A stretch of 63,862 bases of DNA, the filler included, from Olpidium bornovanus S191 (lineage: Eukaryota > Fungi > Olpidiomycota), in NCBI GenBank assembly GCA_017911155.1. It is 34 parts of 34 records of this genome, joined end to end, with 100 filler letters (N's around TTAATTAATTAA, not from the genome) between each part and the next. Parts side by side here need not be neighbours in the genome. Positions count along the whole stretch, not along the records: positions 62,656 to 63,862 come from JAEFCI010001208.1; 33 more parts are not named here. One strand, 5' to 3'. Within the stretch, counting starts at the first letter, position 1; each line of letters begins with the position of its first letter. This document shows positions 62,556 through 63,862 of this stretch, piece by piece. The position numbers were made by a program, and so were the translations under genes. The notes beneath the pieces were generated by a model. That model had not been told where the DNA came from and made no database searches. It worked only from the letters and a program-made list of their open reading frames with translations.

Positions 62556-63196
62556 NNNNNNNNNNNNNNNNNNNNNNNNNNNNNNNNNNNNNNNNNNNNT
62601 TAATTAATTAANNNNNNNNNNNNNNNNNNNNNNNNNNNNNNNNNNNNNNNNNNNNCCGCCCGCACAATCTCTTCCAGGCGCTTCGCCCACCTCTTCCCCT
62701 GTTCCCCGTTGTCCTGTTGGTTTTTGGTTTTGAACCGACGGTTGAGCAATTTTCTCCACATAACGTCGTGAATGAATGCAATATGGCGACCCTTCTTCCG
62801 TCGTCGTTCGTATATCCAGTATGCTGGTCCCGCTCACCCCTGCACAACGTGCAATGTTCGGTTCGTTGGTTCCAGGACCGTGGCGGCGGGGGGGGGGGAA
62901 GGGAGACGCCCACGCGGGCCGCCAGGAAATTTCCGCGGCGATTTTGGTAATGTGGGTTGGTTGCCGCGGGGTGCCATGAATTTCCGGCTTGCCTTTGGTT
63001 GGGCCGCCGCGCCACGTGCAAGCCCGTCCCGAGCGAGGCGGGCTGGTGGGGCTGGGGCTGTTTTTGACGTCACACCGCAAAGGCGACGCCCGCGACGCCC
63101 CAGCTTTTCCTAATCACCCCAGCTTTTTCGCCTATCAGGGTGCTGCTTGCACCCGGGCCTAACGTGACGTACGTGTGCCTGCTGTCTCCGCGCCTA

Positions 63197-63352
63197 CGGT
63201 GTTCACCGCTACATGCTTGGGCCGCGGCCTTCAGCCGTCCACGCCGCGTTCACCGCTTACTGCTTTCAGCCGTGTTCACCGCCGCCCGCGTTCACCCGTG
63301 CGTTCACACGCCGTGTTCACCTCTGACGGCATTTAGCCGTCCGCGTTCTCCG
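63197..63352. repeat. Cluster of about 7 degenerate G(C/T)GTTCACCGC motifs
   Basis: Copies near 63199, 63247, 63272, 63287, 63300, 63313 and 63342. Confidence 0.7.
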
Positions 63353-63679
63353 CCAACAGCTCAGCTGTCCACAAATGCTGCGACCAGGCAGTGCTCGACT
63401 TTCTCCCACTGCAAAAAAAGAAAGAAAAAAAAAAAAAAAAAAAAAAATGCGCGCGCGGGCATTGTGGCCAATGGAGGAAGGAGAGAGAGAGAGAGAGAAG
63501 AAAGGTACGCCCGGAGTTGCGCGAAAAAACAAAAAAAAAAAAGTTGCGAGCGCGCGCATTGCCGCCAACGGAGGAAGGAGAGAGAGAGATAGAGAGCGAC
63601 AGAGAGAGAAGGAAAAAAGGTATGTCAGTGGCCGCTCGATGCCACCAAAAGAGAGGGAGAAAAGAGAGAGAGTGGCCCT

Positions 63680-63723
<44 letters not shown>

Positions 63724-63733
63724 GGGGGGGGCC

Positions 63734-63766
<33 letters not shown>

Positions 63767-63862
63767 CGGGGGGGGGGGGGAGGGAAAGGGGGAATGAACG
63801 GAGTTTTGCAAAAAATTCAAAAACAAAAAAAAAACAAAAAAAAGAAAAAAAAACAAAAATGA

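Overview
This window is not one locus. It is 34 short unlinked contigs (about 1-3.7 kb each) joined by 33 identical 100-nt artificial spacers (44 N + TTAATTAATTAA + 44 N). The DNA is from a GC-rich, intron-rich eukaryote with very long C/G and A/T homopolymers. Fungal-type genes (YRB30, DMA1, RRD2) together with the ciliary cargo carrier UNC119 point to a zoosporic early-diverging fungus; an Olpidium-like organism is an inference only. Recognisable, mostly truncated genes: MRPS5, MZT1, TOP2 head-to-head with RRD2/PTPA, a bacterial-type CAP/SCP protein, an MRH4/DDX28-like helicase, a universal stress protein, a septin, RIX1, a cPLA2-like lipase, UNC119, a DOCK GEF, NOT3, DMA1, RRP45, a glyoxalase/VOC-fold protein, LPD1, VPS55, a C1-domain protein, YRB30, PRP4 kinase and a canonical tRNA-Val(AAC). 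The most interesting signal is a candidate miniature LTR retrotransposon (TRIM) at 11989-12220. Its 132-bp LTR (TGTTG...CAACA) contains a near-perfect 73-nt tRNA cloverleaf and is followed by a primer-binding site complementary to the anticodon arm of initiator tRNA-Met, a short internal region and a polypurine tract. The same half-tRNA PBS occurs at two other loci, one in front of a Ty3/gypsy-type gag. Also notable: an apparent excess of GC-AG introns (6 of roughly 50 placed donors) and strong enrichment of CATG at contig ends.
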